In this document: positions 50,220 to 63,632 of the stretch, piece by piece
Position numbering within the stretch: position 1 is the stretch's first letter
Layout of the letters: each line of letters opens with the position of its first letter
Source of the DNA: Squalus acanthias
Taxonomy: Eukaryota
Length of the DNA: 64,000 nt
Assembly (NCBI GenBank): GCA_030390025.1
Contig: CM059432.1
Location: forward strand, 47,866,001 to 47,930,000
Direction of reading: 5' to 3'
Made by a program: the position numbers and the translations under genes
Notes under the pieces: model-generated
What the model saw: the letters and a program-made list of their open reading frames with translations, nothing else
What the model was told of the DNA's origin: nothing
Database searches by the model: none

Positions 50220-53200
50220 GACTGGATTTTAAGATCGCGATGCGCTGGGAGCTGGGGCTGGAGGTCAAGTAATGTGTGAGAAACCTAGAAGTCAGTGCTG
50301 CGCGTCTGTCAGTGGGTTTTTAAGCCAGCCGTTGCATTACCATATCATTTCCAGACTTCCCACCAATTAGCACCAGCAGGCGTGATGACAACCCGCATGA
50401 CGCGATTTCAACTGCAGTATTTAAAGGGACACTGCAAACATGTAATTTGAAGGAGTTTGGAGTTGGGAGCCAAGTGGGGGAAGAAGGTCAAAGGTTGTGC
50501 CTCGGTTCAGTGACGCGTCCCTAGATGTGCTGCTGGGGGCTGTGAGGTACTGTTCCCTAGCGACGGGAGGAAGAAGCCGACTGGGGACACCATGAAGGCA
50601 TGGTTGGAGGTAGCGGAGGAGGTCAACAGCAGGAGTGTGGTGCTACGCTCCTGGATTCAATGCCGAAAGCTGTTTAATGACCTAAGCAGGGCAGGAAAGG
50701 TGAGAGCATTGGTACATTCATCTACACCTGATGTGCATATCACCCCAAACCCCTCACTCTGCCTTCTCAAGCCTTCTCCAGCTCATCAGTCCTCACAGCA
50801 ACTTACCTTGCAGGTACATCCATCCCTCTCTGTCTATGTACTTCCTCACATCCCCAACTGTCCACCCACCACTCTCACTCACCCTCATCCTGATGCAATA
50901 TCATGCCTCTCCCTCATAGTCACCTTCAACAAATGCCATCCATCCATCCGTTCAACACATGCCATTACTCTCACTCGTAGGTCTCTTCTTTCCTTGCTTA
51001 CAGGAGAAGAGAGCACAGAACACGAGGGAGAGGCAGAGAATCGGAGGTGGCTCTCCACAGATCCCACAGCTAACAAGTGCAGAGGAGGAGGCACTGGAAA
51101 TCAGCGGAGTCTCGGCGTGCTTGGACGTCGGAGATGGGGAGATGAGGGCCACCCAGCGACCTGGTGACAGAATTAAATATCAGACAGCCACGTGGCATAC
51201 AACACTCACTCATGGTGACTTGGTGTCAACAGCGATTGAAATATGATCATGTGCATAATGATAACTTCAAACATTCTTACCTTGAGCGTACTCATTCATG
51301 TCATTTATCTCCCATAGGACCTTCATCCGTCCCGCAGGAGGTGGTCGAGATCACCGCCTCCGCCGCCGACTCCTCAGAGGAGCTCAATCCCTCTGAGGGT
51401 GCACCGTCACAGGACTCATGCAGACCATGCACCAGCTCAGATACTCACACTTCGGTGGGACCAGTAAGACAGAATTTCACCTGGTGACTCGCACTTCACA
51501 AGTGAGCACGAGCAGATGGTGGAGACAGGGATAGTAGTGGAGAGTCTGCGTTGGAGGGCGCAGGACGCTCCAAGCTGTGCTCAGCTGGGCGCAGATGTTG
51601 TACCTCGGGGGCCGTCGACGAACAGGATACTACTGGAGCAGCAGCAGAGAATGTGCGATGTACTGGCAGGTGTTCCAGCCGCACTGTGCATGCTTGCAGA
51701 GAATTGGAGGAGTCTTTCTCAAGCATGAGTGGCATGATATGGCAGGCCTTTGCGATGATGTCTTCATCCATGGAAAGAGTGGCCTCCTGCTTAGAGCATC
51801 AAACGCAGCAATCACATGAGTGCATGCAGGCATTCACCAATGGCTTGCACACTATGAATGCCGCCTTAAATAGGATGACTGATACCCTAGTCTTGGCCGT
51901 TCAGCGCTCCAATGATCTGCAGCAAAGTGCTCTCCAGCTCATTGCTAGCAGGGAAGTACGGCTGGGCCATGAGAGGGATGATGGTGAAAGGGTACATGGA
52001 AGTGGGAACTCTGCTCAAAGCACTTCCACTTCTCACTCATTGCCCCCTCCCCTCCTCAGTCAGTACACCACATACGCCTCCAGATCTGTCCAAGCACCTG
52101 AAGCGTACCTTCAGCACGCCGATGGCTTGTTCGATGACACATCTGGTGGTCATCAGGCATTCATCGTATTGCTCCTGGGCCTCATTCCTGAGAGGCGTCA
52201 TCAGCCACGTTTAAAGTGGTATCCCCTGTCTCCGAGGAGCCAGGTACGAAGACATTTGGGAGGGTGGACTGCCGCAGGACGAAAGCATCATGGCAGCTGT
52301 CTGCATAAACATCTTTCTATGGTTGCACACCAACTGCACATTGATGGAGTGGAAGCCCTTGTGGTTGACAAACACTCCTGGGTGATCTATGGGTGCCTTA
52401 ATTGCCACATGGGTGCATTCGATGATGCCCTGTACCTGTGGGAAGCCAGTCAGAGCCTGAGCACCCGCTCATTCTGACTGGCATCATCGGAAGTGAAGTT
52501 GATATAACTGCCAGCCCTGGCAAAGAAGCCATCTTGTGCATTTCTAGGCCGCTAACAGTGAGATCCTGCAGATGTCGCCAGATGAGCCGTGGAAGGATCC
52601 AGAGGCAAAAAAGTTGAGGCTGGTGGTGACTTTGACAGCCACTGGTAAAGCCTGGGTACCTGGTCCTGCTGGCAGCAGATCTTGTTCCAAGAGGCTGCAA
52701 ATGTCTGCCACCACCTCACGTGACACCCTGAGCCTCCTGAGACACTGGTGTTCCAACATGTCGAGAAAGCTTATCCTCTGCCTGTAGACCCTGTGTGCCG
52801 GGTATGGCCTCCTGCGAGCTGCACCTCTCTGCTGATCCCCTCTCTCTTGTGCAGCTGCAGGTCTGTGAGCAGCAGACTGTTGCTAGTGCAGATCCTGCAG
52901 CTTCTGGTGCTGCTAGGTCATCTTGGTCCTCATCTGTGGTCCAAAGTAACACAGCATAAGCGGCACCCATGCTGATCTGATAGATCAGATCTCCGAACCT
53001 TCAAACTGTTGCCCCTAATTTTTAGGGGTTGCGTGGCCCATTCACAGTTTCGCGCATGCGTGAAACCTAACATTGAAAAAGCCGGTCCCGTGCTGCGTGC
53101 AGCTTAGAGGGAACTTTGTACATGACACCTCCAAAGTGTACAAAGTAACCTCCAAAGTGTGTAAAGTAACCTCTCAGCACAAGTACTGTGAACAAACCCT

Positions 53201-53578
53201 TTCACACAAGCAGGTAAGAAAGCAGCTGTGAGTACTCAGTACTTATTGGCATATTTCCCTATCATGGCTTCAGCCCCCTCAATGGCCACTGACTTCACAC
53301 CTTGCCTTCGCTGGCGAGTTCCAAGAAGCCCGGGAAACCTGTGGAGCCAAAGTTAAACTCCAAAAGCCATGTTAATATCGCTATAGTTGACCTATTAGCA
53401 TATTGAAATTGACAACCTGCCTCTTCCGAGGGGTTGCTCGCATGCAGCCTAACGCGCTGCAGTTAAATGCGGAAGTTGGTGGGTTGGAGCTGACTTCCCG
53501 ACGTGTTGTCAGTTTCGCTGGTTTTAATCCGCCCCCCGCTCTCAAACCCATGTGCTCTTCCACATTAAAATTCTGCTC
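50220..53578. pseudogene. Decayed Harbinger related to 45432-47850: Myb pseudogene (+, ~50470-52057) and transposase pseudogene (-, ~52058-52970)
   Basis: AWLEVAEEV..QCRKLFNDL on plus; [16 protein letters not shown] and NHKGFHSINVQLVC on minus; weak TIRs. Confidence 0.9.
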
Positions 53579-54048
53579 AGTGTTTCCTTCAATTTATTGT
53601 ACAAAATAACACAGGAAATCCACTAGTTTTTTTTATTAATGGTTTAATATTCCAGGGTTCATATGCAGCCTTTTGTTATTATACATACATGGAACGTCAA
53701 CTCCAGGACTTCATAATTGGGAAAAATTAAATATAGTCAATAATGTTCACTCTTTATGAGGTAAGACAGGCAATTCAGGCATATAAAACTTGTTGTAAAC
53801 TCTGAACCCTGCCAGTATGTTTACATCTTCTGATTAACTGCTCCTTAATGTGACGTGGCAGTACTTGTTTTCTAAACCAGTTTAACCCCCAGTGTATAAG
53901 AAACCAAATCAGCTTGAGAGAACTGGGCTGGATTGGATTTGGTGAATCAAGTGCAGTGTTTTTTTTTTAGGAAACTATAACATGAAGAATAAACAACTGA
54001 CAGGGCTATCAGCACTTTAGGTAACAAAGCATCGCAAGTTAGAATATT

Positions 54049-54608
54049 GGCACTGAAATCCCACGGGCCTTCGAACCTAGTCTAAGTGCCAGGGTCTGCC
54101 TGCCGGTGACCTCCAGCACTAATCCAGGAAATCTCTCTAATTTAAATAATGACGGTGGGCACATTTCAGGTGCCTGCCTGCCAAAAGTCCAGAAATTGTG
54201 GCCCAGAGTGCTGGATCTGTGTGGGGTGGCGGGGAGGGTTGGGTGGGGGTGGTGGGGTGATAGGCCCCATCCAGAAACATTATTTTAGTGCTCCATCAGA
54301 TCTCTTTGTAGAGAGGACAAAAAATGCAGTCAACACTTTTTTTTTTACACTTTTTGAGGGGTGGGGGTGGAGGGAGGGGAGTCAGACCACAATCCAGGCC
54401 TGATTCCAGGTAGGCCCCTCGTCTAGCCTTCACCAGGTCAGTATGTCTGCTCTCACCTGGCGTACTAGCCCGGTGACTTTGCTTAGGGAAGGCAGAGGTA
54501 AGGGACAGGTGGCGGTATCCAGGTTCTAGCCAAATCCAAGACCCTTCTGCTGCACTCCTGCGGGAGTTGCACTGGGAGTGCTGAAGTGGGGCCAAGTAAT
54601 TTTGGCCC
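54049..54608. mobile_element. Old non-autonomous Harbinger-like element (560 bp)
   Basis: ATT TSD on both sides; imperfect TIR GGCACTGAAAT / AATTTTGGCCC. Confidence 0.5.
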
Positions 54609-55989
54609 ATTAAATGCAATTTTAATTAAAATAGACATGTTGAACCCTTTAATTCTGCTTGCTTTATTCACTACCCATCCTTTCTTCTTTACCATTAACT
54701 ATCAGTCCTATTTTTATGTCTTATTCTTTATTTTTTTTTCTACCTAAACTATCTTTTCTAACTTTAAAATTAACTTTAAAGTCTTTTTCTTACCTTTCTC
54801 TTCTTCATCTTGGCTTCTATCATCTATTTTGGAGGCAGGAATAGTTAAGTCGCATTGGTTGAAAAATAGGGAATTTATTAGCCAATCAAAAGCCTCAACA
54901 GTGATGATCGACATGGTCACTTTGATGAAATCAATCTTTAATGTGTCAGACAGGGAGAGGCTGCCGGTGAAGGAGTCCAGTCATTGACAACCCCTGAAGC
55001 AATAATGTCCCCAGACAAATAACTTCATTCATGATGCACTAATGATATGCTGTAGTACAATATCAGTGGACGGGAATTCACAGAACTAGATGGCCCTTAT
55101 TCAGCGTCAATTGAGATTAAATGAATAGCCTCACTCAGTGCCACATGGATGACTACTGTGGCAAATGGTATGCTGGGATGGCTTGTCTGAGGCTTAAAAT
55201 AGGCAGGATAATGGCAGGTTAAAAAAGCAAAAGGAATTTCATGCAAGTGCATTAAGTGTTCATATGCTAACACCACACTAATTGCTAGCTCTTTGAGTCC
55301 CAATTCATATTGTCGAAATGTAAGAATTGCTGCGTATGCCATTAGTTTCTGCTGAAATATATTCGATAAGTGGGAAACTGAGGGGCAAAGTGAAACTTTC
55401 ATTGCATGCCTGGAGCTTCAGTTGGAAGATTTCAATAAATGTGCTTGTTATTTACATTGTGGAAAAACTGGCAATAAAGTAGGGGGTAATTCTGCAATCT
55501 CATACTCCTAACAAGGACGCCGGACCAAAGAAATGGGGCTACTGTGTTGTAGTCCTGTTTCCGACCAGTGTTCTTTGCACAGCGCATTTTCCTACTGGGA
55601 TCACAGGATTACGGAATGACTTTTATAGAGTCCTCATACAGAGGACATTTAATTTCTTGTTATCACCAACTCAAGCGCAGAAGTAAGAGAAATATAAATG
55701 TTACTTTTGCTGATTCCACTAAATTCAATTTTTTAGTTATTTGTAAGAATTTTATCAGTTCACATTCAGAATAATCGAAATTGCTGCTGAGACATCTGCA
55801 TTGTATCTCCCTTAGTGTGGCACCACTGTCTATAACACTGCTCATTCCCCCATGGTGTTACACACGGGTTGTGAAGCTTCAATGGAGGCCTGAGCTCAAG
55901 TGGGGAAAGAGGACAGGGACCTGGGAGATGGATGACTGTGACATTGGAGCCGAGAGGAGGTTATATGGGGAAGCTAGAGCATTGCGCTC

Positions 55990-56392
55990 GCAGGGGGGAA
56001 GTAGAGTGGGGTGGGGAGGTGGGGGGAAACAGAATAGGGTTAGAGAAGGGATAAAGGATGGAGGAAGACGGCAAAACAGAATTAGTGGCTGTAGCGGCAA
56101 GGGGGCAGGTATAGCATGGATAGAGGCTGAAGGAGAGCGAAAGGGAGAGAAGGGTGGGAGTGATAGTGAGGTGGAGCAGAGGGGGCAGGAGGTGTATGGG
56201 AGGAAGGAGCAGAGGAGAAGGAGAAGGCAGTGGGAAAGAGAGGAGGGGGAAGCAGAAGGAGGAGAAGGCAAGGTGGAGGAGAGAGAAGAAAAGGAGGAAG
56301 TTAGTGTTGAGGGGAGGAGGGGACAGGGAGTCCGAAGGTGCAAGGGAGTGAGGGAAAGGGGTTGATGGGGAGGATGATGTAAGGGGAGAGGT
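55990..56392 (+). repeat. GA-rich low-complexity tract
   Basis: Strongly purine-skewed for ~400 bp. Confidence 0.8.
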
Positions 56393-58101
56393 AGCACAAA
56401 ACAAAAGAATTTTAAAATCAGGTATAAATCTTATTGCTTTAATTAAAGTTTAATGTATACACCATTTTAATATATTATTTTATTTAGAGCTTAATTTATA
56501 TATTATTTTATAAATTTAGGCCTTTACTAAACAAAACTTGCTGAGCGAAATTATTTATAAACTCATATATTAGATGGGCTAAGGGCTGCAGAGTAGCAAG
56601 GACCAACAATAGGCTTGAGGTCCACGGCGTGGGGAGGGAATGGAGTGGGAGTAGCAGTGGGCAGTGCGCCAAAAGAAACTGGCAGGGGACAGTGAGCTTT
56701 GCAGAGCTGGGGCAGACTGCCAAAATAATGGGGCAGCAACGCGCCTGAGGAGTGGAGGCGCATTGGCTAATCGCCAACAGTGAGAACCAGGAGTGGGCCA
56801 AAGGGCAGGGGGAAAGCAAAGGCCCAAAAAGAGCCTTTAGAGAATTGGAAGTAACTGGTGGGAAAGAGCAGTGACCATGAGGGCAGTAGGAGTGGCCGAG
56901 AGCAGGTGACTGGCAGAAGGTGGGGAAAAAAACAGAATGGGCCAGGAGGAAATGAAGAGCAGAAAGTTTGGCCGTCATGTTTAGGAGAGTGCATGGAGAA
57001 GCAGAGTAGGGGTAGAGCCCAGAGTGGACTCTCACTGGTCCTAAAAAGAAGGGGAGGGGGAGGACAGGAACACTAAATAAACCTGTAAACATGTTTAAGA
57101 TTTTAAATTAAAAGAATAATTTAAAATGTAATGACTTACCTGAGCAGTTTCTAAAGGGCAATTAGCGGTGAAGAGGAAGCTCAGAAACCAGTGCTCCACA
57201 GCGGCTCCTGGTGGCAGTGCGTGAAACTGTAGGCAGACTCATGCCAAAGTTGTAAATAGGGAATTTTTCAGAGTCACTGGGGGCTAAATTGGATAGCCCC
57301 CGAAAACGGGCGCAGGGATCACGATGCACGATTAACCCATGCCCGTTGATTGAAATGCAGGTAGCACGGCAACTTCGTGTTGCCTGCTCATTTTAATGAT
57401 TTCTGCCTGCAGCCAGCACTAACTGCGCTGTTCATTGGCTGCACACATCAGCAAGGGGCCCAAAATCGTAACATTTACCTCACTATGACAAAGAATGTTG
57501 TGACCCACTCAATGATTTTAGTATTTGATAGATGTGTTTCTTATGGGCTTTTGGTGCAATTAAGACCATGTTTTTCATTACATTAATACATGGGACAATA
57601 CTTAAAAGGAACCATTGTGTGACGTGATAATCAATGAAATAATGGAAAAGAGCTTTCCAGAGTATTTACCAACAAACAATTAACTTAATTAATTAGTCCT
57701 ATCCTTTCTGTTATCAGTGATTTAAATTCGACAAAAAAAATCTATGGCCTATATATGAGGAGCAATGTAATGTCACGCATCATTAACTATGCCCTTCTCG
57801 TAAAGGTTACTGCAGCATTCCTTTTCTGTACTAGCTAGTTTATATTATACAGGCCACTTCACATAGAAGTTGTTTTATGTGGCTTGGCCAATAGTCCTGT
57901 GAAATCTGCTCTGTTTACATAGTGAGGCGAATGACACTGCATCTAAAGCAGCATGAAAGGCACTGCTATATAAAGGGAGTATCGCCGATGAGAACCACAT
58001 GAATCTCCCAGCATCACGTACACACTAATGTTGATGTTATAATATGTAAAAAATGAGAAGTCGCACAACACCAGGTTATAGTCCAACAGATTTATTTAAT
58101 T

Positions 58102-58139
58102 TTACAAGCTTTCGGAGCTGTCGCTCCTTCCTCAGGTAA
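58102..58139 (-). ncRNA. Minimal type I hammerhead ribozyme motif in a Penelope-like fragment (~58055-58140)
   Basis: Minus strand: TTAC-CTGAGGA-A-GGAGC GACA GCTCC-GAAA-GCTT-GTAA. Confidence 0.8.
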
Positions 58140-58224
58140 GTTAGCACTCCACATCATAATATGTAAAAGCAGGGCTATGAGCGTGCCATCAGGTCAAGTC
58201 AGTCCCTGCAATTTAGACAAAGCA

Positions 58225-59010
58225 ACATGTCTGTGCACATTTGCACCACACAAGTGCCAGGCAATGACTATCTCCAACAAGAGAGAATCTAACGACAATC
58301 CCTTGACATTCAATTGCATTACCATTATCAAATGCCGAATCCCCCACCATCAACATCCTGGGGGCCACCATTGACCAGAAATTGAACTGGACCAGCCACA
58401 AAAATACTGTGGCTACAAGACCAGGTCAGAGGCTGGGTATTCTGTGGCGAGTGACTCACCTCTGGCTCCCCAAAGCCTTTCAACCACCTACAAGGCACAA
58501 GTCAGGAGTGTGATGGAATACTCTCCACTTGCCTGGATGAGTTCAGCTCCAACAACACTCAAGAAGCTCAACACCTTCCAGGACAAAGTAGCCCGCTTGA
58601 TTGGCACCCCATCCACCACCTTAAACATTCACTCCCTCCACCACCAGCGTACCATGGCTGCAGTGTGTACCAAGATGCACTGCAGCAACTCGCCAAGGCT
58701 TCTTCGGCAGCACCTCCCAAACCCACAATCCCTACCATCTAAAAGGACATGGGCAGCAGACGCATAGGAGCACCACCTCCTCCAAGTTCCCCTCCAAGTC
58801 ACACACCATCCTGACTTGGAAGTATATCGCCGTTCCTTCATCGTCGCTGGGTCAAAATCCTGGAACTCCCTCCCTAACAGCACTGTGGGAGTACCTTCAC
58901 CACATGGACTGCAATGATTCAAGAAGGTGGCTCACCACCACCTTCTCAAGGGCAATTAGGGATGGGCAATAAATGTCAGTGACGTCCACATCCCATAAAT
59001 GAATAAAAAA
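58225..59010 (+). mobile_element. 3' fragment of the LINE family of 3883-7005
   Basis: ORF 58444-58767 and the family tail. Confidence 0.9.
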
Positions 59011-59039
59011 AAAGAAACTGGACAGCAGAGCTGAGCATA

Positions 59040-60860
59040 CAAGCATACGAACATACGAACAATGACGGAGAGGTAAAGACCATCTGGTCCATCAAGCCTG
59101 TCCTGCACAATTGCATTACCTTGCGTATCACAACATATAGCTACCCCACCCAAAACCATGTAATCTCCTGGTAGAGGCAAAAAAAACAGATAAAAACCCA
59201 GGCTAATTTAGGGAAAAGAAAATCTGGGAAATTCCTCTCCGACCCATCTAAGTGATCAAAACTAGTCCAGGAGATCACTCTGGCCTTGAATTCCCTGCAG
59301 TTCCTACCTTCTGTAAGAGGTGATCCCCAACCCAGCCAGAAACAGGTCCAGCTCTCGCTTGAAGGAATTCAGCGAATCAGCATCCACCGCACAAGGTGGC
59401 AGCCTATTCCAGAGATCCACTATTCTCTGGGAAAAGAACCACCTCCTGACATCTAACCTAGATCTGGCCTTATGCAACTTAAAATTGTAACCCCTGGCCC
59501 TTCCTAACCTATTTACTTGGAACAAACTGTCAGCTGGAACACAATCTATTCCCTTCATTATCTTGTAAACCTCAATCAGATCACCTCTAAGTCTACGCTT
59601 CTCTAAAGTGTAGAGTCCCAACTCTTTTAGCCTATCTTGATAACTAAGATGCTTTAGTCTGGGAATCAGTCTAGTGGCCCTCCTCTGCACCCTCTCCAAA
59701 GCCTCAATATCACCCGCCAATATGAGGAGACCAAAACTGGACACAGTATTCCAAGTGCGGCCTGACTAAGGTCTTGTACAAGGACAAAACAGAGTACCTC
59801 GTCTTGTACTCAATTGTCCTATGGATACACCCCAACACCCTATTTGCTCCAGCTATCGTTCCACAGTAGTGCTCATGTAACTTTAAGGATGTATGCACTA
59901 GAATGCCCAAATCTCTTTCTATCTCCACCTTCTTTAATGCCATTCCCTGAAGGGTGTATGAATGTTGAGCATTTGCCCTGCCCACATGCATAACACTGCA
60001 CTTATCTAAGTTATACATCGGCCCAGAAATTAAACATCGATGTTTCCCGCGGGGGTAAGGATTCCCCGCGATATCGCACTCCACGCCTACCTTTTTGTTT
60101 GGGGCCCACACGAACTTTAGTTTCAGAGCCTCTCCCTGTTGCAACCGTGCAGTGCTTGCGTGACCCAGAGCGCAATTAGTTCGTGCGAGCTCTGGGATCA
60201 TGTGATTCAGTTAGAGCCAATGGCAGCACACCATCTTTCATTCATAGTTTTGACAGCAAGGGCTGTCAAAGCTATGAATACTACAAACCCCCAAAAGAAC
60301 AGCTAAACCTCAATTAAATTTAAAAAAAAAGCCATCACATTAATAAAATAAGTATAGTTAAATAAATTAACCACTTTAAACAAAAAATTAAATTTTTGAA
60401 AAAATTTAAAATCTTTTTAAAAGTTATAAAAATAAACTTACCTTTCTTTAAAGTCTCTAAAAAAGATAAACCTGTTGAAAAAAATTAAAAATAACACTTT
60501 ATTAACTACTTACCTTGTTAAAAGGGGGTCCTACGCCTGCTTTCTTTATGTATAAAATCTTCACCACTTACCTGCGCGTTCAAACCTGAAAAAAAAACTA
60601 AGTGCACTGCGTGCGCACAACCTGTAGTGCGCACGCGGTTCACTTAGGAACCGCCCCCTTTGCAATACATGAAGTGCTGGTTTCCCGCGCATGCGCAGTG
60701 CATGCAGGAAACCGACAATTCGGGACCTAATACGCGAGAGTACACAGTGCGTACTCTCGCGTATTAGGTTTAATTTTCGGGATCTGCCTGAAGCAGACGA
60801 GCATCAGCGACAGTCCTAATCTCGGTATCGTCTGCAAATTTGCAGATTGTGCCCCCAACA
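59040..60860 (-). mobile_element. CR1 3' fragment split by family X copy 6
   Basis: KFADDT at ~60840, RPHLEYCVQFW, and FFSQRIVDLWN. Confidence 0.9.
60020..60781 (-). mobile_element. Family X element, copy 6 (762 bp)
   Basis: TIR GGCCCAGAAATTAAAC / GTTTAATTTTCGGG (2 nt apparently lost); ATC TSD; closest to copies 3 and 4. Confidence 0.9.
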
Positions 60861-61545
60861 GCTATATCACAATCAACACCCAACTGAAAACTAAAAGGGG
60901 TAGAGCAGCACTAAGATGAAAAGTGTCAGTGTAAAAGTGCCATAAACACTGTATGTGCGCTTGTTTGAAAGTTGTAATTGCATCTTTAATTTCTTCCTGC
61001 TGAACCTTCACCATGGCAGATTGGGCAGAGAGCAAAAGATACAATGTAGGAATTGACAGCAGTATGGAAAACCTGGAGGCATCAAACGATTATATAGCTG
61101 CTCAAAACAAATGTAAAGCTCTTGTATACAGCTCCATTTAAGATCATGGGATATGTTGGGTAGACAGGCACAACTGGTGAATTGTAATGGCTGAGATGAT
61201 TAGAACAATTATGAATAGGATTCCAATAGATCTTGTATGTTTTTATTTTCCAGTTTTGTCAAAAACTATCTGTGAAACGAGACTACTGAATCAGACCCTG
61301 CTCCATTGCTCATTGTTGGATTGACCTTGCTGACCTCTTTGGCTGAAAGAAGCACAAGAACTGAACTTGGCTAGTGAATGAAGTATGCTTTCACTGGGAA
61401 TGCTGTAAAGAAAAAAAAAAACACAAATGAAAAGATTAATCCTATATTCCAAACAAAGGAGCTCAGAAAGCTACAAGAATAATTGTTTAGTCATGCAAAG
61501 GGAAATAATTGTCCTCATTCATAACAAAAAAAAGGCAAAGAACAT

Positions 61546-62007
61546 GGGGTAGAAATTTGTCTGGGCCCGTTAGGTTTGGCACTCTGCAGGCAGTGCACGC
61601 CCCTACCTAAAGACCTGAGGCCGGCCTGAAATTGGGCCTCGGGCCTCGTTAACGTTTTATGCGCGAGCTTCTGGCACCTGTTGCATCTCCACAAGCAGCT
61701 CACACGTTTGAAGAGCACGAATGTTGGGCTGTTTGACTCGCCAGCAGCAGCCCAAAGGTAAGTCCAGTTTACCTGCCCAGTTTCTTTGAGGGACCTAAAA
61801 CAGGTGTTAGGTTTTTTATTTACATACGTAAGTGACCCAAGACCTGTTTTAGGTGGCTAACAGGGATGCCTGAGAAATGGTCCAATCCAATTTTGGGTCA
61901 GACTTTTTTCAGGCATCCTTGCAGCATAGGATGTTGGTCCACGAAATAGGACTTTGCTACACTTATTTTATGCCTGTAAAATGGGCAAATGGTCCAATTT
62001 CTACCCC
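61546..62007. mobile_element. Non-autonomous Harbinger MITE (462 bp)
   Basis: 12-bp perfect TIR GGGGTAGAAATT / AATTTCTACCCC; CAT TSD. Confidence 0.85.
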
Positions 62008-63294
62008 CATATTTTTCTTAATGTAATTGTTATCCTTATGCTTAAGGGTCCTCCTAGTCATTGACTGAAAGGTCAATATAAAAAGTGCCCAACCCTTAGG
62101 GATTGGATGCTGCAATAGGTTCGTACGCTGTCCTTTCAGCTCTGCAACCTGGGTTTGAAGCTAGAATGAGGGGTGAAAGTGTCCTATCGCTGTCCTGCCT
62201 ACAAGGTTTCTATGTGAAAGGCAGTGGGGCAGCCTTATCTGAACTCTCAGTGCATGTCAGTTCTAACTTCAAAACTCCACCTACTTTGCCCCTTAACTTA
62301 TGATCTCACTCAGAGAGACCATAAGGATAGTTGGTTTGAAAGTGGACAATCTGAAGTCCTCTTTCGAATTTGAAGATTAATGCAAAATGGAACGTATTCT
62401 TGTAAGTGAATTTTATTGTATTGAGTTTTAATCTTCTTTCCTCTCTTCTCTTGTTCCAGCTGCATAATTTATGTTCTTTAAATGTAACATTGTTCTGAAA
62501 ATTAAACAAACTACTAAAATATCAGTATATTAATCTGGAATTGTCATGATGTCATCCAAGGTCAGCTGAAAATTGTTTTATAATGAGCTTATTCAACAAT
62601 GTCAATTAAATTGCTCTCAAATGACTGACATTGGATGCATAAAGAAGTGCATCAGCAACTTGCGTTAACTTAATTTTGCACTTCACCTCATTCATAAATT
62701 AATCCTCGGAAATGTCTTAATTGCTGCAATGTGACATTGTGCGGAACAAAGTCCAGGAGCCCAGAGAAACACATTGCACTCTGGGGTTTTATATTTTGGC
62801 AGCTGGATACCACATAATCACCTAAATAGCGTGTTCTAAGTTCTGCTATACTCTATCACAGCGGGGAAAAAATAATTGCCATATTGCAAATTTTTATATC
62901 TTAGCTGTGGGCAGGAGACAAGGGATAAAGAACTGGGGAGACATGAGTGAAAAGACTTTTTAAATATACTGTATCGTGCAGCATTGCACTGTATTATTTG
63001 CATCCCTTGTAATAGAATATAGCTATATGTTGAAATGCAAATCTAAGATGCAAGAGTAAAGCATGGTTGTTTGAAACAAACACTCAGATGTCACGATTTC
63101 CATTTGACCCTCTGAATTATTGTATTCTTGTTAGCGTGCCAAATAAAATGTAACAATGCAAGTAAACCTCAAGAAATTGCCACTGGTACAGAATAATGTG
63201 TGTCCAGCAGTTGATATCATAGATCTAGAAACAAAATTGAGTCTGCAAACGTTCTCACTACTATCGCATCCAGAACACATGGGCATGAGCCAAT

Positions 63295-63632
63295 TGCTTA
63301 GTGTCGTGGTTATGTTACTGGACTAATAATCTAATGAATGTGAATTCAAATCCCACCATGGGAATTTGAATAGAGTTTAAAATAAAAGCTGGAAATAAAA
63401 AGCTGGTATCAGTAAAAGTAAAAACCCATCTGGTTCACTGATGTCTTTAAGGGAAGGAAACCTGCCATCCTTACCTGGTCTGGCTTATATGTGACTAAAG
63501 TCCCACACCAACATGGTTGAGTCTGAAGTGGTTAGGAAGCCACTCAGTTGTATCAAATCGCCAGAAAGACTAACTTGCAACGGTTCAAGATGATGGCCCC
63601 CCAACACCTTCTCAGGGTAACTGTTGCCAGCA
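63295..63632 (+). mobile_element. Copy of the SINE at 350-794
   Basis: GTGGTTATGTTACTGGACTAATAATC head, same body, and a similar jump to the LINE tail. Confidence 0.8.

Noticed and set aside
51551..52477. 308-aa ORF as a novel fusion gene
   Set aside because: It is decayed Myb exon 3 reading across a deletion junction into antisense transposase, and the upstream exons are disrupted.
55781..57092. Several 147-194-aa ORFs
   Set aside because: Low-complexity products of purine-skewed sequence.
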